Positions 37,193-47,201 are shown, counted from the first letter of the stretch. The stretch: 64,000 nucleotides of DNA from Clostridia bacterium (GCA_017516825.1 JAFXBC010000068.1:10950-74949); one strand, 5' to 3'. A program made the numbers and translations. The notes: a model not told the origin generated them from the sequence alone.

Positions 37193-39982
37193 TCAATCGT
37201 TGGCGCCCAGATAATCGTAATAGTAGCAGAGCTTCAGCCAAGAATTCTCTACACCGGCGAAGGTGTATTTATCCATGAGAAGCTGAAGCATCTCAGCAAG
37301 CCGTTGATCTACTGCCACGCATCCGTTACGCTCGGTATTTTCGGAATCATCGATCTTATCCAGATAGGTACGCATTTCCTCGGTGAGGTCGCCGCCCTTG
37401 CCGTGATATCTGCCGGCAAAGACGTCCTCCAACTGGTAGTTGATTGCGTTTTGATCGTACTCATCTCCCCATTTTTCTCTGAGATAAGCATCGGTCTTTT
37501 CGATATCGTTATCGTTTTGCTTCAGGTAGGAAAGAATCTCGGCATCGGTCTCGGATTTGCTGAAATCGAAGCCGCCCATCTCGATCATCTCGGTGATAGA
37601 GTGACTGAATACGCTGGTCATAGAGGTGAAATCCGCATAGATCAGACTTCCGTCAGCGGAATCATACCAATAACCGTCTTTCAATTCCGGCTTGATACCG
37701 CCGGTAATGATATCGTACATGGTGTCGCCGGTGGCATCACCGTCGTAGGTGAAGTACCCGGGAGCGGCGGCACGGAAGAGCCACAGCTCTTCTGCGATAT
37801 ACTCAACGTCATAGTAAATAACGCCGGTAGCGTAAACGTCCCAGAAAGCCATATTGATATAGTAAGGCTTGCCCGCTTCCATATAGTAGACCATGGAAAC
37901 GTTAACGGTATCGGTATACATACGTTCGTCGTGCTCGTAGGTATAAATGATATCGCCGTTGCTGTCAAAGATCCAGGAGTCGATGCCGTCTTTGTATTCG
38001 CTTCTGGAGGTAAAACGGTATACCCCGGATCTTTCGGGAATGAATTCCGCAAACATACCTCTGGGGATGATCGCTCTGTCGTAGTAGAAATAGTTGGTCT
38101 CAACGTTCTTACCCAGGGTTGCGTCCAGTGCGCTTTCGGGGCAAAGACCGATGATGGGATCCTGAAGCTGAGTAGCGGTGGGACCGTACGCCACGAAGTA
38201 CTTACAGATCTTCAGCCATTCGTTCTCGGTGCCGTCAAAGCCGGCCACCTCGGCAACCTGCTTGAGCATTTCAGCAAGCTCTTTGTTTACGGTACAGATG
38301 CCGTTCAAGGAAGCGTTGGAAGCATAGGAGAAGTATTTCACCATGTTCTTCCCTTCCTTGTCGTAGAGGCTGACGTCGTCCTTATCTGCCAGACCCTCGT
38401 AGACGATCTGGTAAACGGACATTTCCTCGGAGAAGGAAGTGTAGCCCATAAGGTCTGCCAACAGCAGGGGGCCGTCTGCCTTGCCTACGTGGTAGTAGCC
38501 GTCCTTTTCGTTATAGACGATATCCACGTAAGAATAGGTCTCGCCGTCCTCGGTGGAGCCTGCGGGACGGGGCAGATAGGTATCCACGTCGATTTCGGAA
38601 GCATCCACGGCGCGGAAATTATTGATGTAAACGGTGTCGTCACCCTCGGAGGTATCGCTATCCTTGACAAAGCAAAGAGCGATCTCGTAGGTGCCGTCTT
38701 CCTCTGCAACGCAGGGGTAGCAGGACTGCCAGGTCTCGGTCTCCCCTACGCCGGAGATCTGGAACACGTCCTCGTCGTTGACGATGACGTACAGGATATC
38801 GCAAAGGCGCTCGGAGGAGATGAGGTAGTCGAAGCCAACCGCCTGTCCTTTTTTCATGGTGACGTCGGCGTAGAGAATGGCGTAGGAGGAATCGACGCCG
38901 GTGTTGGAGGCGTAAAGTGCCTTCTTGCCGTTCTTTTCCGTAGCGATGAAGGGCCAGATATACTGAGCGTTTTCATCCTCGGTCTCGGGACGGTAGGTAA
39001 CATCGATATCGCCCTTGTTGATGAGAGCAGAAATGTTCTCGGAGGAATCCATGGTGTAGTTGGGAAGCACCTGGGTAGCCAGATCGCCGATGCCGCCTGT
39101 GCAGACCTTCTGCTTATAAACGTCCGCAAGGAAATGGTCGAAGGCGGACAGGAAGGGACGCTTGCTGGTGATAGCACCTGCCTCCACAACGCTGATCATA
39201 CCGTAACGGTCGATGAACACGGAGGTAGGATAAGCCTTAATGCCAAATACGTTTGCCCAAGAAGTGGGACACTTTGCCATGGGGAAATCAAGCTCGTATT
39301 CCGCCTTGAAGTTCTTCACAGCCGTTTCGTTGTCCTCCGGATAGGGGTTCAAAGCGATGATCTCGATCTGATCCTTATACTCTCCGTAAAGGGTGTTCAT
39401 CAGCGGGAACTCCGTTACACACCAGCTGCAGGTGGTATACCAGAAGTTCAAGATCACCAGTTTTTTGGTCTCTAAAACCTTGGAAAGAGTAAGCTCTTCT
39501 CCGTCGGAGGTAGTGACGGTGAAATCGTACATGATATCCCCGATCCCAAGGGTAGCGGCGGACAGATCCTCATCGTTCACCAAAGAGGAGGTGAGGACGA
39601 TACTTGCGGAGGTGCCGGAGAAGCCGTAGTAGCTGTCAACGGAGTAGCCCTTTGCAACCCCCGTGAGAACGATGGCGTAGTCCTTGCTCTGGGGCAAGGT
39701 AAAGGATACGTCACCGTTTGCGTCGGTCTTGGCAAAGTCCACCATATCGGCAAGGGAACCGTCTGCGTAGATATACACGTCGGTTTCGGACATTGCCATG
39801 CCGCCGGCTGTCTCGATATGGACGGTATAGGTAGCGGAGCCGCCTGCAGGCGCGCTCTCCTCGGAGCTTGTGTCGCTGGTGGTTCCGCTGTCACCCGAGC
39901 AGGATGCCAACAGAGGGAGACAGATCGCCAAAAGCAGAAGCAATGCGATCATCCCGTGCTTTCTGTAGATTCTTCTTTTCAT
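37193..39982 (-). CDS. Large multidomain lipoprotein: prealbumin-like domain, TlpA redoxin (CSWC), two WxxxCxY domains
   Basis: Lipobox LASC; VILNFWYTTCSWCVTEFP; AYPTSVFID; two internal repeats ending ENEWLKICKY and ENSWLKLCYY. ATG 39982 with AAGGA RBS. Confidence 0.88.
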   Translation of the reverse strand: MKRRIYRKHGMIALLLLLAICLPLLASCSGDSGTTSDTSSEESAPAGGSATYTVHIETAGGMAMSETDVYIYADGSLADMVDFAKTDANGDVSFTLPQSKDYAIVLTGVAKGYSVDSYYGFSGTSASIVLTSSLVNDEDLSAATLGIGDIMYDFTVTTSDGEELTLSKVLETKKLVILNFWYTTCSWCVTEFPLMNTLYGEYKDQIEIIALNPYPEDNETAVKNFKAEYELDFPMAKCPTSWANVFGIKAYPTSVFIDRYGMISVVEAGAITSKRPFLSAFDHFLADVYKQKVCTGGIGDLATQVLPNYTMDSSENISALINKGDIDVTYRPETEDENAQYIWPFIATEKNGKKALYASNTGVDSSYAILYADVTMKKGQAVGFDYLISSERLCDILYVIVNDEDVFQISGVGETETWQSCYPCVAEEDGTYEIALCFVKDSDTSEGDDTVYINNFRAVDASEIDVDTYLPRPAGSTEDGETYSYVDIVYNEKDGYYHVGKADGPLLLADLMGYTSFSEEMSVYQIVYEGLADKDDVSLYDKEGKNMVKYFSYASNASLNGICTVNKELAEMLKQVAEVAGFDGTENEWLKICKYFVAYGPTATQLQDPIIGLCPESALDATLGKNVETNYFYYDRAIIPRGMFAEFIPERSGVYRFTSRSEYKDGIDSWIFDSNGDIIYTYEHDERMYTDTVNVSMVYYMEAGKPYYINMAFWDVYATGVIYYDVEYIAEELWLFRAAAPGYFTYDGDATGDTMYDIITGGIKPELKDGYWYDSADGSLIYADFTSMTSVFSHSITEMIEMGGFDFSKSETDAEILSYLKQNDNDIEKTDAYLREKWGDEYDQNAINYQLEDVFAGRYHGKGGDLTEEMRTYLDKIDDSENTERNGCVAVDQRLAEMLQLLMDKYTFAGVENSWLKLCYYYDYLGAND

Positions 39983-40058
39983 TCTTAGGTTATTCCTTTC
40001 GTAGCCCGCTGGGGCGGGCGGTCTATATGGATTTTGTGTGCGAAGCCGCAAAATCCGA

Positions 40059-40083
40059 TTTGAAAAAGGATCCCTTTTTCAAA
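40059..40083. promoter_or_regulatory. Perfect 11-bp inverted repeat in the only sizeable gap inside the operon
   Basis: TTTGAAAAAGG-ATC-CCTTTTTCAAA; function (operator, weak terminator or processing site) unknown. Confidence 0.45.
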
Positions 40084-40111
40084 CTTTCCTCCCGGATGAA
40101 TGAGTGAATGG

Positions 40112-40357
40112 TTAAACGAGCCAAAAGATCAAGGCCACGATGAGAAAGGCAACCGCAAGGAAGCCCACGGCAACAAGGGTGGGCAGAAGCATCATACGTA
40201 CCGCACTCCAATAGGTGCGCCAGATGTCGCCGACAGAGGACGTGGTACCGCTCCCCCAGCGGCTTTTCCCCGCAGATACGCCTGACATATCCGCGATGGT
40301 CCTGCCGTCGTCGATATAATGCACTTTTTCCTTTTTGGGCTTGTCTTTCTTCATCAT
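40112..40357 (-). CDS. Small single-TM hypothetical protein (DDGRTIADM motif)
   Basis: 13 nt after oppF with AAGGA RBS; basic N-terminus and C-terminal hydrophobic helix. Confidence 0.75.
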   Translation of the reverse strand: MMKKDKPKKEKVHYIDDGRTIADMSGVSAGKSRWGSGTTSSVGDIWRTYWSAVRMMLLPTLVAVGFLAVAFLIVALIFWLV

Positions 40358-40370
40358 GAACGCTTTTTCC

Positions 40371-41372
40371 TTACTCGTTCAGCAAATGGCAGGCGGCACA
40401 GTGGCCGTTGCCGTAATCTTTGTATTCCGGCGTTACCTCTTTGCAAATCTCCTTTGCGTGGGGGCAACGGGTGTGGAAGCGGCAACCCTTGGGCGGGTTG
40501 GCGGGAGACGGGATATCACCGCTTAGGATGATGCGGTTCATTTTGACGTCGGGATCGGGATAAGGAATGGCGGAGAACAGGGCCTGGGTGTAGGGGTGCA
40601 AGGGGTTTGCGAAGATATCCTCCTTGGTGCCGAACTCCACCATGGAGCCAAGGTACATCACGCCGATCTTATCGGAAATGAACTTGACCACGGAAAGGTC
40701 GTGGGAAATGAACACGTAGGTGAGATCCATCTCCTGCTGGAGACGCTTCAAAAGATTGATGATCTGGGCCTGGATGGAAACGTCCAGGGCGGAAACCGGC
40801 TCGTCACAGATGACAAGCTTGGGGTTGACGGAAAGGGCGCGTGCGATACAGATACGCTGGCGCTGTCCGCCGGAGAATTCGTGGGGGTAGCGCTCGTAAT
40901 AGTAGGAACGCAGACCGCACTTATCCATGAGATCCAGAACGTACTCCTTCACCTGATCCTTGGGAACGATGTTATGTACCTCCACAGGCTCGGAAAGGAT
41001 GCCGCCCACGGTGCTTCTGGGAGGCAAGGAGGAGTAGGGGTCCTGGAAGATGATCTGCATCTTCTTGCGGATCTCCCGCATTTGGGAAGAGGTGTAATCG
41101 GTGATGTCCTGCCCTTCGAAGAAGATACGCCCGGAGGTGGGCTGGTGGAGCTTGAGAATGGCTCTGCCCAGGGTGGTCTTACCGCAGCCGGATTCGCCGA
41201 CGATGCCCAGTGTCTCCCCTGCTTTCAGGGAGAAGGACACGTCGTCAACGGCGATAAGCTCGCGGGTGACCTTGCCGGTGATGGTCTTCTTGAGGGGGAA
41301 GCACTTCCGCAAATTGTGAACCTCCAAAAGGTTGTCACTTGCGGGGGTAACGTTCTTCTGTTCTTCAGCCAT
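40371..41372 (-). CDS. oppF: Oligopeptide ABC transporter ATPase OppF
   Basis: GESGCGKTT, FQDPYSSL, FSGGQRQR, DEPVSALD, HPYT and the C-terminal Cys cluster. Confidence 0.93.
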   Translation of the reverse strand: MAEEQKNVTPASDNLLEVHNLRKCFPLKKTITGKVTRELIAVDDVSFSLKAGETLGIVGESGCGKTTLGRAILKLHQPTSGRIFFEGQDITDYTSSQMREIRKKMQIIFQDPYSSLPPRSTVGGILSEPVEVHNIVPKDQVKEYVLDLMDKCGLRSYYYERYPHEFSGGQRQRICIARALSVNPKLVICDEPVSALDVSIQAQIINLLKRLQQEMDLTYVFISHDLSVVKFISDKIGVMYLGSMVEFGTKEDIFANPLHPYTQALFSAIPYPDPDVKMNRIILSGDIPSPANPPKGCRFHTRCPHAKEICKEVTPEYKDYGNGHCAACHLLNE

Positions 41373-42513
41373 TGTTCTGTTCCTCCCCGTATAAGTGGCA
41401 AGCTACGTAATGGGTGGGGCTGACCTGAATCATCCCCGGATACTCCCCTGCACACTTTTTGGTACAAGAGGAGCATCTCTCACGGAAGTAGCAATAGTTG
41501 GGCATATTGATGGGGTTGGGCACGTTCCCGGGGATGTTGAACAGCGTGTCGCTGTCGGAATCCAGGGTGGGCTTGGATTTCTGCAAGCCGATGGTATAGG
41601 GATGCATGGGATTATGGAAGATCTCCTGCACGGTGCCCTGCTCGATGACTCTGCCCGCGTACATGACCACCACGTAATCCGCCATCTCGGCTATGATGCC
41701 AAGGTCGTGGGTGATGAGCATGATGGAGCCGTCGATCTTCTCCTTCAGATCACGGAGCAGATCCAGGATCTGCGCCTGGATTGTCACGTCCAAGGCGGTG
41801 GTGGGCTCGTCGGCAATGATGAGGCGGGGATCCGCCGCAAGAGCCATGGAGATCATCACACGCTGACGCATACCGCCGGAAAGCTCGTGAGGGAAGGAAT
41901 TGTATACACGCTCGGGGATGGCGATGCCCACAAGATTCAGCATCTCGATGGAACGGGCCTTCGCCGTCTCCTTGGTGGCCTTGGGATTGTTGATGAAGGT
42001 GACCTCATCCAGCTGCTGACCGATGGTGAACACGGGATTCAGAGAGGTCATGGGCTCCTGGAAGATCATAGCGATCTGGTTGCCACGGATCTTGTGGATG
42101 TCCCGCATGGGCATTTTTGCCACGTCGTACACCTTCTCGGTGCCGTCGGCTTCCTTTGCGTTGAAGCGGATGGAGCCGGAGTAGATCTGGCCTGCAGGGC
42201 CCTGGATCAGACGCATGACGGACATACTGGTCACAGACTTGCCGCAACCGGACTCCCCTACCACGCCTACGGTGGCGTGCTTGGGGATGTTGAAGGAAAC
42301 GCCGTTAACGGCCTTGACCACGCCCTGCTCGGTGAAGAAATAGGTGTGGAGGTCGTCGATCTCCAGAATATTGGAGTCGTCCTTCATTTCGGTGAGATAT
42401 TCCGATTCGGGAGCCTTGCGATTCTTGTAGGCCTCCAGCTTTTTGATGATCTTCTTGTTTTCTTTGGCAATGGCGCGGACTTCCTTGCCCGAAAGGTGAT
42501 TTGTTTTGCTCAT
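41365..42513 (-). CDS. oppD: Oligopeptide ABC transporter ATPase OppD
   Basis: [34 protein letters not shown] and HPYT. Confidence 0.93.
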   Translation of the reverse strand: MSKTNHLSGKEVRAIAKENKKIIKKLEAYKNRKAPESEYLTEMKDDSNILEIDDLHTYFFTEQGVVKAVNGVSFNIPKHATVGVVGESGCGKSVTSMSVMRLIQGPAGQIYSGSIRFNAKEADGTEKVYDVAKMPMRDIHKIRGNQIAMIFQEPMTSLNPVFTIGQQLDEVTFINNPKATKETAKARSIEMLNLVGIAIPERVYNSFPHELSGGMRQRVMISMALAADPRLIIADEPTTALDVTIQAQILDLLRDLKEKIDGSIMLITHDLGIIAEMADYVVVMYAGRVIEQGTVQEIFHNPMHPYTIGLQKSKPTLDSDSDTLFNIPGNVPNPINMPNYCYFRERCSSCTKKCAGEYPGMIQVSPTHYVACHLYGEEQNNG

Positions 42514-42516
42514 AGC

Positions 42517-43560
42517 TTATCTCCTCGCTTTCGGGTCAAGGGCATCTCTCAAGCCGTCTCCCACGAAGTTGAAGCCCAGCACGGCAATGACGATGCAAAT
42601 ACCTGCGGGAACCCAGACGTTGAGATGGTTTTGGAGAATGTCCTGGTTGGTGGAAATGATGTTGATCATGGTACCCCAAGCGGCATAAGGCGCTTTGACA
42701 CCCAAATTCAGATAGGACAAAGTTGCCTCGTAGAGGATCATGCTGCCCAGGCTCAAGCTCATTTGCACGATGAGCTGGGGCATGACGTTGGGAACCAGGT
42801 GCTTGAAGATCTTACGGGGAGCGGAGTAACCCATAGCTTCCGCCGCCACCATGTATTCCTGTTCGCGGAGAGAAAGGATCTGTCCGCGGACCAGACGTGC
42901 GGTTCCGGGCCAGGAGATAAAGGTGAGGTAGATCATCAGCAGGTAGATGCGGTATTTGGCATCAATGCCGGAGGCGTCCAGAATTGTACTGATGATCAGC
43001 AGGATCGGAATGCCGGGAAGGCAGATCAGCACGTCGCATACACGCATGATGACGTTATCCACCACCCCGCCGAAGAAGCCTGCAATGCCGCCCATGAACA
43101 CGCCGAGAATGGTGATCAGGAACACGGCGATGAAGCTGACGATCAGGGAGATCCTGCCGCCGTACATCAGACGAACGAAGATGTCGTAGCCCTCGTTGTC
43201 GGTACCCAGGATATGCTCTGCGGAGGGAGGCGCCAGGAAGTTGTCCTTCAGGCTCTTCTCGGTGGTCTGGTGAAGGGTGTATTCCACGCCGTTGACGGTA
43301 TAAGTAGTCTCTGCGGTGGCGTACTCCGTTTTGCCGCTTTCGTCCAGCTCAATCTCACCCCACTGGGTATAGATCAGCGGGCCTACGAAGCTGAACAGGA
43401 ACAATCCCACGATCATGATCAGGCCGATGATGCTCAGCCTGGAGCGGAAGAAACGGCGAACCACCATGCGGGTGGGAGACATCAATCGGACGTTTTGATC
43501 CAGAGGGGTGTCGGTATCTTCGGTTCCTTCGGGAATGTTGTTTTTCAGTTGTTCTTCCAC
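42517..43560 (-). CDS. oppC: Oligopeptide ABC transporter permease OppC
   Basis: HILGTD.G.D...RL.YGGR.SL, ARLVRGQ.LS.RE.EY..AA, HLVPN and GDGLRDALDP. Confidence 0.93.
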   Translation of the reverse strand: MEEQLKNNIPEGTEDTDTPLDQNVRLMSPTRMVVRRFFRSRLSIIGLIMIVGLFLFSFVGPLIYTQWGEIELDESGKTEYATAETTYTVNGVEYTLHQTTEKSLKDNFLAPPSAEHILGTDNEGYDIFVRLMYGGRISLIVSFIAVFLITILGVFMGGIAGFFGGVVDNVIMRVCDVLICLPGIPILLIISTILDASGIDAKYRIYLLMIYLTFISWPGTARLVRGQILSLREQEYMVAAEAMGYSAPRKIFKHLVPNVMPQLIVQMSLSLGSMILYEATLSYLNLGVKAPYAAWGTMINIISTNQDILQNHLNVWVPAGICIVIAVLGFNFVGDGLRDALDPKARR

Positions 43561-43572
43561 AAAGATACCTCC

Positions 43573-44565
43573 TTACTCCAATTTAACTCTGGGGTCTACG
43601 ATGCCGTACATCAAGTCGGCCAGCAATACGCCGATGACGGAAAGCAGTGCGAGGAACATATTATAACCCATGATAAAGGGGATATCGCCGCGGTTCATGG
43701 CGTCCAGGGCGATGTTACCGATACCGGGAAGGTTGAACACCTGCTCCGTGATGATGGCACCGGAGAACAGGGAGGGCAGAAGCCCTGCCAGAGAGGTGAC
43801 CATGGGGATAAGGGTGTTGCGGAAGGCGTGCTTGTTGATGACAACACTTTCCTTGAGACCTTTTGCACGGGCGGTACGGATGTAGTCGGAGTTCATGACC
43901 TCCAGCATATTGGTTCTGGTCATACGCATTCTGGCACCGATGGACAGGATCACGATGGTGAGAATGGGGATGAACATATGCCGTGCGTAGTCCAACAGGA
44001 GGGAAAGACCCGCCTGGGACACGGTGGCATCCAGCAGGCCCGAAGCCGGGAACCATCCCAGCTTCAGGGCGAGGAAATCCTTGAGCACCTGCCCAAAGAA
44101 GAAGGAGGGCAGGGAGATGCCGATCATAACCAGGACGGTGACCACGTAGTCGCGGATGCTGTACTGGTGGGTGGCGGCGGTGATACCAAGGGGGATCGCG
44201 ATGAGGAATTCGAAAATGGTAGCAATCAAGGCGATGATAAAGGACACGCCCATATGCTCGAAAATAACGTCTGCGACGGGAATGCCGTGGACGAAGCTGG
44301 TACCCAGGTCAAAGGTAGCCAGGGCGCCCAGCCAGCTGAAGTAACCCTTCAGGATCCCCATAAAGCTGTTGTCTCCCAGGCCGTACATTTCGTACATGGC
44401 GTTCACCGTTTCCTCGCTGACCGTTGCGCCGCCTTGGTTGATGGCGTCGATCTTGCTCTGGATAAAATCCACGGGCATGAGTCGGATCAGGAAGTAGATG
44501 ATCATGGAGACACCCAGCAGAATGAGGACTGCCATGGCAAGTCTTTTAATGATGTATTTCAGCAT
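43573..44565 (-). CDS. oppB: Oligopeptide ABC transporter permease OppB
   Basis: DLG.S, DYIRTARAKGL, HAFRN, E.VF..PGIG and DPR. Confidence 0.93.
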   Translation of the reverse strand: MLKYIIKRLAMAVLILLGVSMIIYFLIRLMPVDFIQSKIDAINQGGATVSEETVNAMYEMYGLGDNSFMGILKGYFSWLGALATFDLGTSFVHGIPVADVIFEHMGVSFIIALIATIFEFLIAIPLGITAATHQYSIRDYVVTVLVMIGISLPSFFFGQVLKDFLALKLGWFPASGLLDATVSQAGLSLLLDYARHMFIPILTIVILSIGARMRMTRTNMLEVMNSDYIRTARAKGLKESVVINKHAFRNTLIPMVTSLAGLLPSLFSGAIITEQVFNLPGIGNIALDAMNRGDIPFIMGYNMFLALLSVIGVLLADLMYGIVDPRVKLE

Positions 44566-44579
44566 GGGTCACACCCGCT

Positions 44580-47162
44580 TTACTGAGCAAATTCGATTTC
44601 CCAAATACGATCCAAGGGAGAGGAATAGGGGTTCATTTCAGCCTCGGTAGGAAGGCTGGAGGAAGCGATCACGTTGGAGTTATAGGCGTAGAGAACGCTT
44701 CTCTGGTATACGGGAAGCTCGATAGCCAGGTCAAGAACGTGCTCCATTGCGCTCTGGTAGAGCTGGGTACGCTTACCCTGGTCGTTGGTCTCACGTGCAG
44801 CGTCGATCAGATCGCTGAGCTCGTTGAGGATCTTGGTCTCCTCTGCGCTACCGCTGGTCTTCAGGTGGTTATAACCCCAGGCCAGGGTGCTGGTTGCGGT
44901 GGAATCCTTGTGGTAGACCTGGTACATATCGGGGTCAAGTGCGGAGGACCATGCTGCTGCCCAGACCTCAAGAGAACCGGTATTGATCTTGGTAAGGGCC
45001 TGGGTGTCGCAAACTACCTCTACGTCCCAGCCCAGATCGTTCAGCAGAGCGGCGGCATCGCGGAACACCTTATAGGTGGGGTGATCCTGCAAGCTGGAGC
45101 CTGCGATGGTGAACTTCACGGAGAGCTGAGAGTCGCCTGCGCTGACGCCTGCGGCCTGCATATACTTCTCGATGTTGGCAACTGCGATATCCTGGTTCCA
45201 GGTACCCAGAGGAGGATAGTCAAAGTTGTTGTCGTTGGCGGCCGCACCCTTGGGGTAAGCCCAGCTTACCTTGGACATGGGCCAGAAGATCTGCGTCGCG
45301 GTACCTGCACGGTAGTAGTCCAAAGCAAGGGAGGTGTTCATGGCGCACATGATGGCCTTACGCAGGTTGATGTCGTTGATCTTCGCCGCGTTGACACCCA
45401 CGTAACCGTAGCCAAGCTGATCGGTGGTGAGGGTCACCATACCCTTGGAAGCCAGAGCCTCCAGCTTCTCGTAGTTGTTGGTGGTAAGAGAGGGAGAGAT
45501 GTAGTGAACGTTGCCCTCCTCCAATGCGGCGATGGCGTTGGCGGAAGAAACGATCTGGTAACGGATCTTGGGGATCTTGGCATTTTCGATGCCTGCACCA
45601 ACGGTGTTGAAGTTCTCGTTGGCCTTGAAGTATACAACGTTGTTGGAATAGAACTGGCTTTCGCCGGGGTTATCGTCGTTGTTGGCGTTGGTCACCTTGT
45701 AAGCACCTGCACCCATAGGGAGCTTGATGTTACGGGTGGACTGGATCACGTCGGTCATGAAGTCGAAGCTTGCGAACTCAACGCCAAACTTGTTGTTGGC
45801 AATATCCATTGCAACGGAGCTTCCCTCGCCGTAATAGTGCTGGGGAGCTACGGTGAGTGCGAAGTTCCAGATGGCCTTGGGGTCAACGCCGTCGATGGTG
45901 ATCTGGAGAACGTCGTACTCGGAAGCGTTGGTAACGGTACCGTCGGCATTGTGGCCGGAGGCGATGGTGTAATCGGTGCCGTTCACGGTGATGGTGGAGC
46001 CTGCCTTATCGGTATGACCCAGAGAGACGATGCCGGAGATGTGGTCAACTGCCAAGGAGCCGTCGTCGGAGACGTTCTCGTGGAGGATGACTTCCTTTGC
46101 TTTTGCGGTGAACTCGGTGTTCAGGGTATTTGCGGTTGCCCAATACTGCAGAATGATATTCAGCTCTCTTGCGATCTTGTCGTTATAGATATAGTCGATG
46201 GCCGCCTCCTTGGTGGTGATGGAGGAGGGGTATGCAGGGGTCATCTTCTCGATGGTGGTACGGTCGATCTTACCGTCTGCGCCCTCGGCGTACTCCACTT
46301 CCACGTAGCCCTCGGAATACATGAAGCAGAAGATCTCGTTCTTGAATTCCTCGTAGTTGCTGAAGGGCTTGTCGATGTAGGACTCCTGGGCAGAGAGGTA
46401 GTCAGTCTCAAGCTCTTCCTTGAACAGCTTCAGAGCGTACTCGTAGTCAGCCAGCAGGTTCTTGTTGGAGACCTCTGCGGGGTTGGTGGAGATAGCGGTC
46501 TTATAGCCGTTGCTGACGGAGTGAGCGTTGATGGCGGCCTTCATTGCCTCGTAGCCAACCTCCTTGGTGGAGGAAGCCTTGACCTGGGAGTTGAACAGGT
46601 TGATCAGCTCGTTCAGTCTGGCAGCGGCTCTGGAAGCGGCCTGAGAGGTGATCTGACTGTCGCTGTCATCGGAGGAGGAGCCGACAGTTTGGGTTCTGTA
46701 CTCGGAAAGGCCCAGGATATCGGTAGAATACAGGGTGTTGGAGCCGGTATAAACGGGATCCAGATATACGTAGTAGTTAAACAGCACGTCCTCCATGGTC
46801 AGAGGGTGACCGTCGGAGAATTTGATGCCGTTCTTGAGAACGAAGGTATAGGTTACGGTGCCGTCGCTGTTTTCAACGATGTCATAATCCTTGGTAACCA
46901 CCGCCTCGTTGTCGCCGTAGGCAACCTGCACTTCCCCGTTTACGTACTTGGAAGCAAGCATGCCGATCTGGGTCATAGCGACGATGGTGCCGTCATTGGC
47001 GGAGGTGGAGAAGAACGGGTTGAACAAGCCGTCCAGCTGTTCCGTCATGATAACGAAAGCGTCTACGCCGGCGCCGCCGTTGTCGGAACAACCTGTGAAT
47101 GCAGTCAGGATGCCCATGCAAAGAACAACGCACAGGACCAGTGAAAGGAGTCTCTTTTTCAT
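44580..47162 (-). CDS. oppA: Oligopeptide-binding lipoprotein OppA (SBP family 5), unusually long
   Basis: Lipobox FTGC; DGLFNPFF, YTF.LK.GIKFSDG.PLT.EDV.F, P.GAGAYK, LRKAI..A and LPVYQR; 860 aa. Confidence 0.9.
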   Translation of the reverse strand: MKKRLLSLVLCVVLCMGILTAFTGCSDNGGAGVDAFVIMTEQLDGLFNPFFSTSANDGTIVAMTQIGMLASKYVNGEVQVAYGDNEAVVTKDYDIVENSDGTVTYTFVLKNGIKFSDGHPLTMEDVLFNYYVYLDPVYTGSNTLYSTDILGLSEYRTQTVGSSSDDSDSQITSQAASRAAARLNELINLFNSQVKASSTKEVGYEAMKAAINAHSVSNGYKTAISTNPAEVSNKNLLADYEYALKLFKEELETDYLSAQESYIDKPFSNYEEFKNEIFCFMYSEGYVEVEYAEGADGKIDRTTIEKMTPAYPSSITTKEAAIDYIYNDKIARELNIILQYWATANTLNTEFTAKAKEVILHENVSDDGSLAVDHISGIVSLGHTDKAGSTITVNGTDYTIASGHNADGTVTNASEYDVLQITIDGVDPKAIWNFALTVAPQHYYGEGSSVAMDIANNKFGVEFASFDFMTDVIQSTRNIKLPMGAGAYKVTNANNDDNPGESQFYSNNVVYFKANENFNTVGAGIENAKIPKIRYQIVSSANAIAALEEGNVHYISPSLTTNNYEKLEALASKGMVTLTTDQLGYGYVGVNAAKINDINLRKAIMCAMNTSLALDYYRAGTATQIFWPMSKVSWAYPKGAAANDNNFDYPPLGTWNQDIAVANIEKYMQAAGVSAGDSQLSVKFTIAGSSLQDHPTYKVFRDAAALLNDLGWDVEVVCDTQALTKINTGSLEVWAAAWSSALDPDMYQVYHKDSTATSTLAWGYNHLKTSGSAEETKILNELSDLIDAARETNDQGKRTQLYQSAMEHVLDLAIELPVYQRSVLYAYNSNVIASSSLPTEAEMNPYSSPLDRIWEIEFAQ

Positions 47163-47201
47163 TTTGTCGTACCTTCCTATGTGAAATATTTTAATACGTG
47201 T

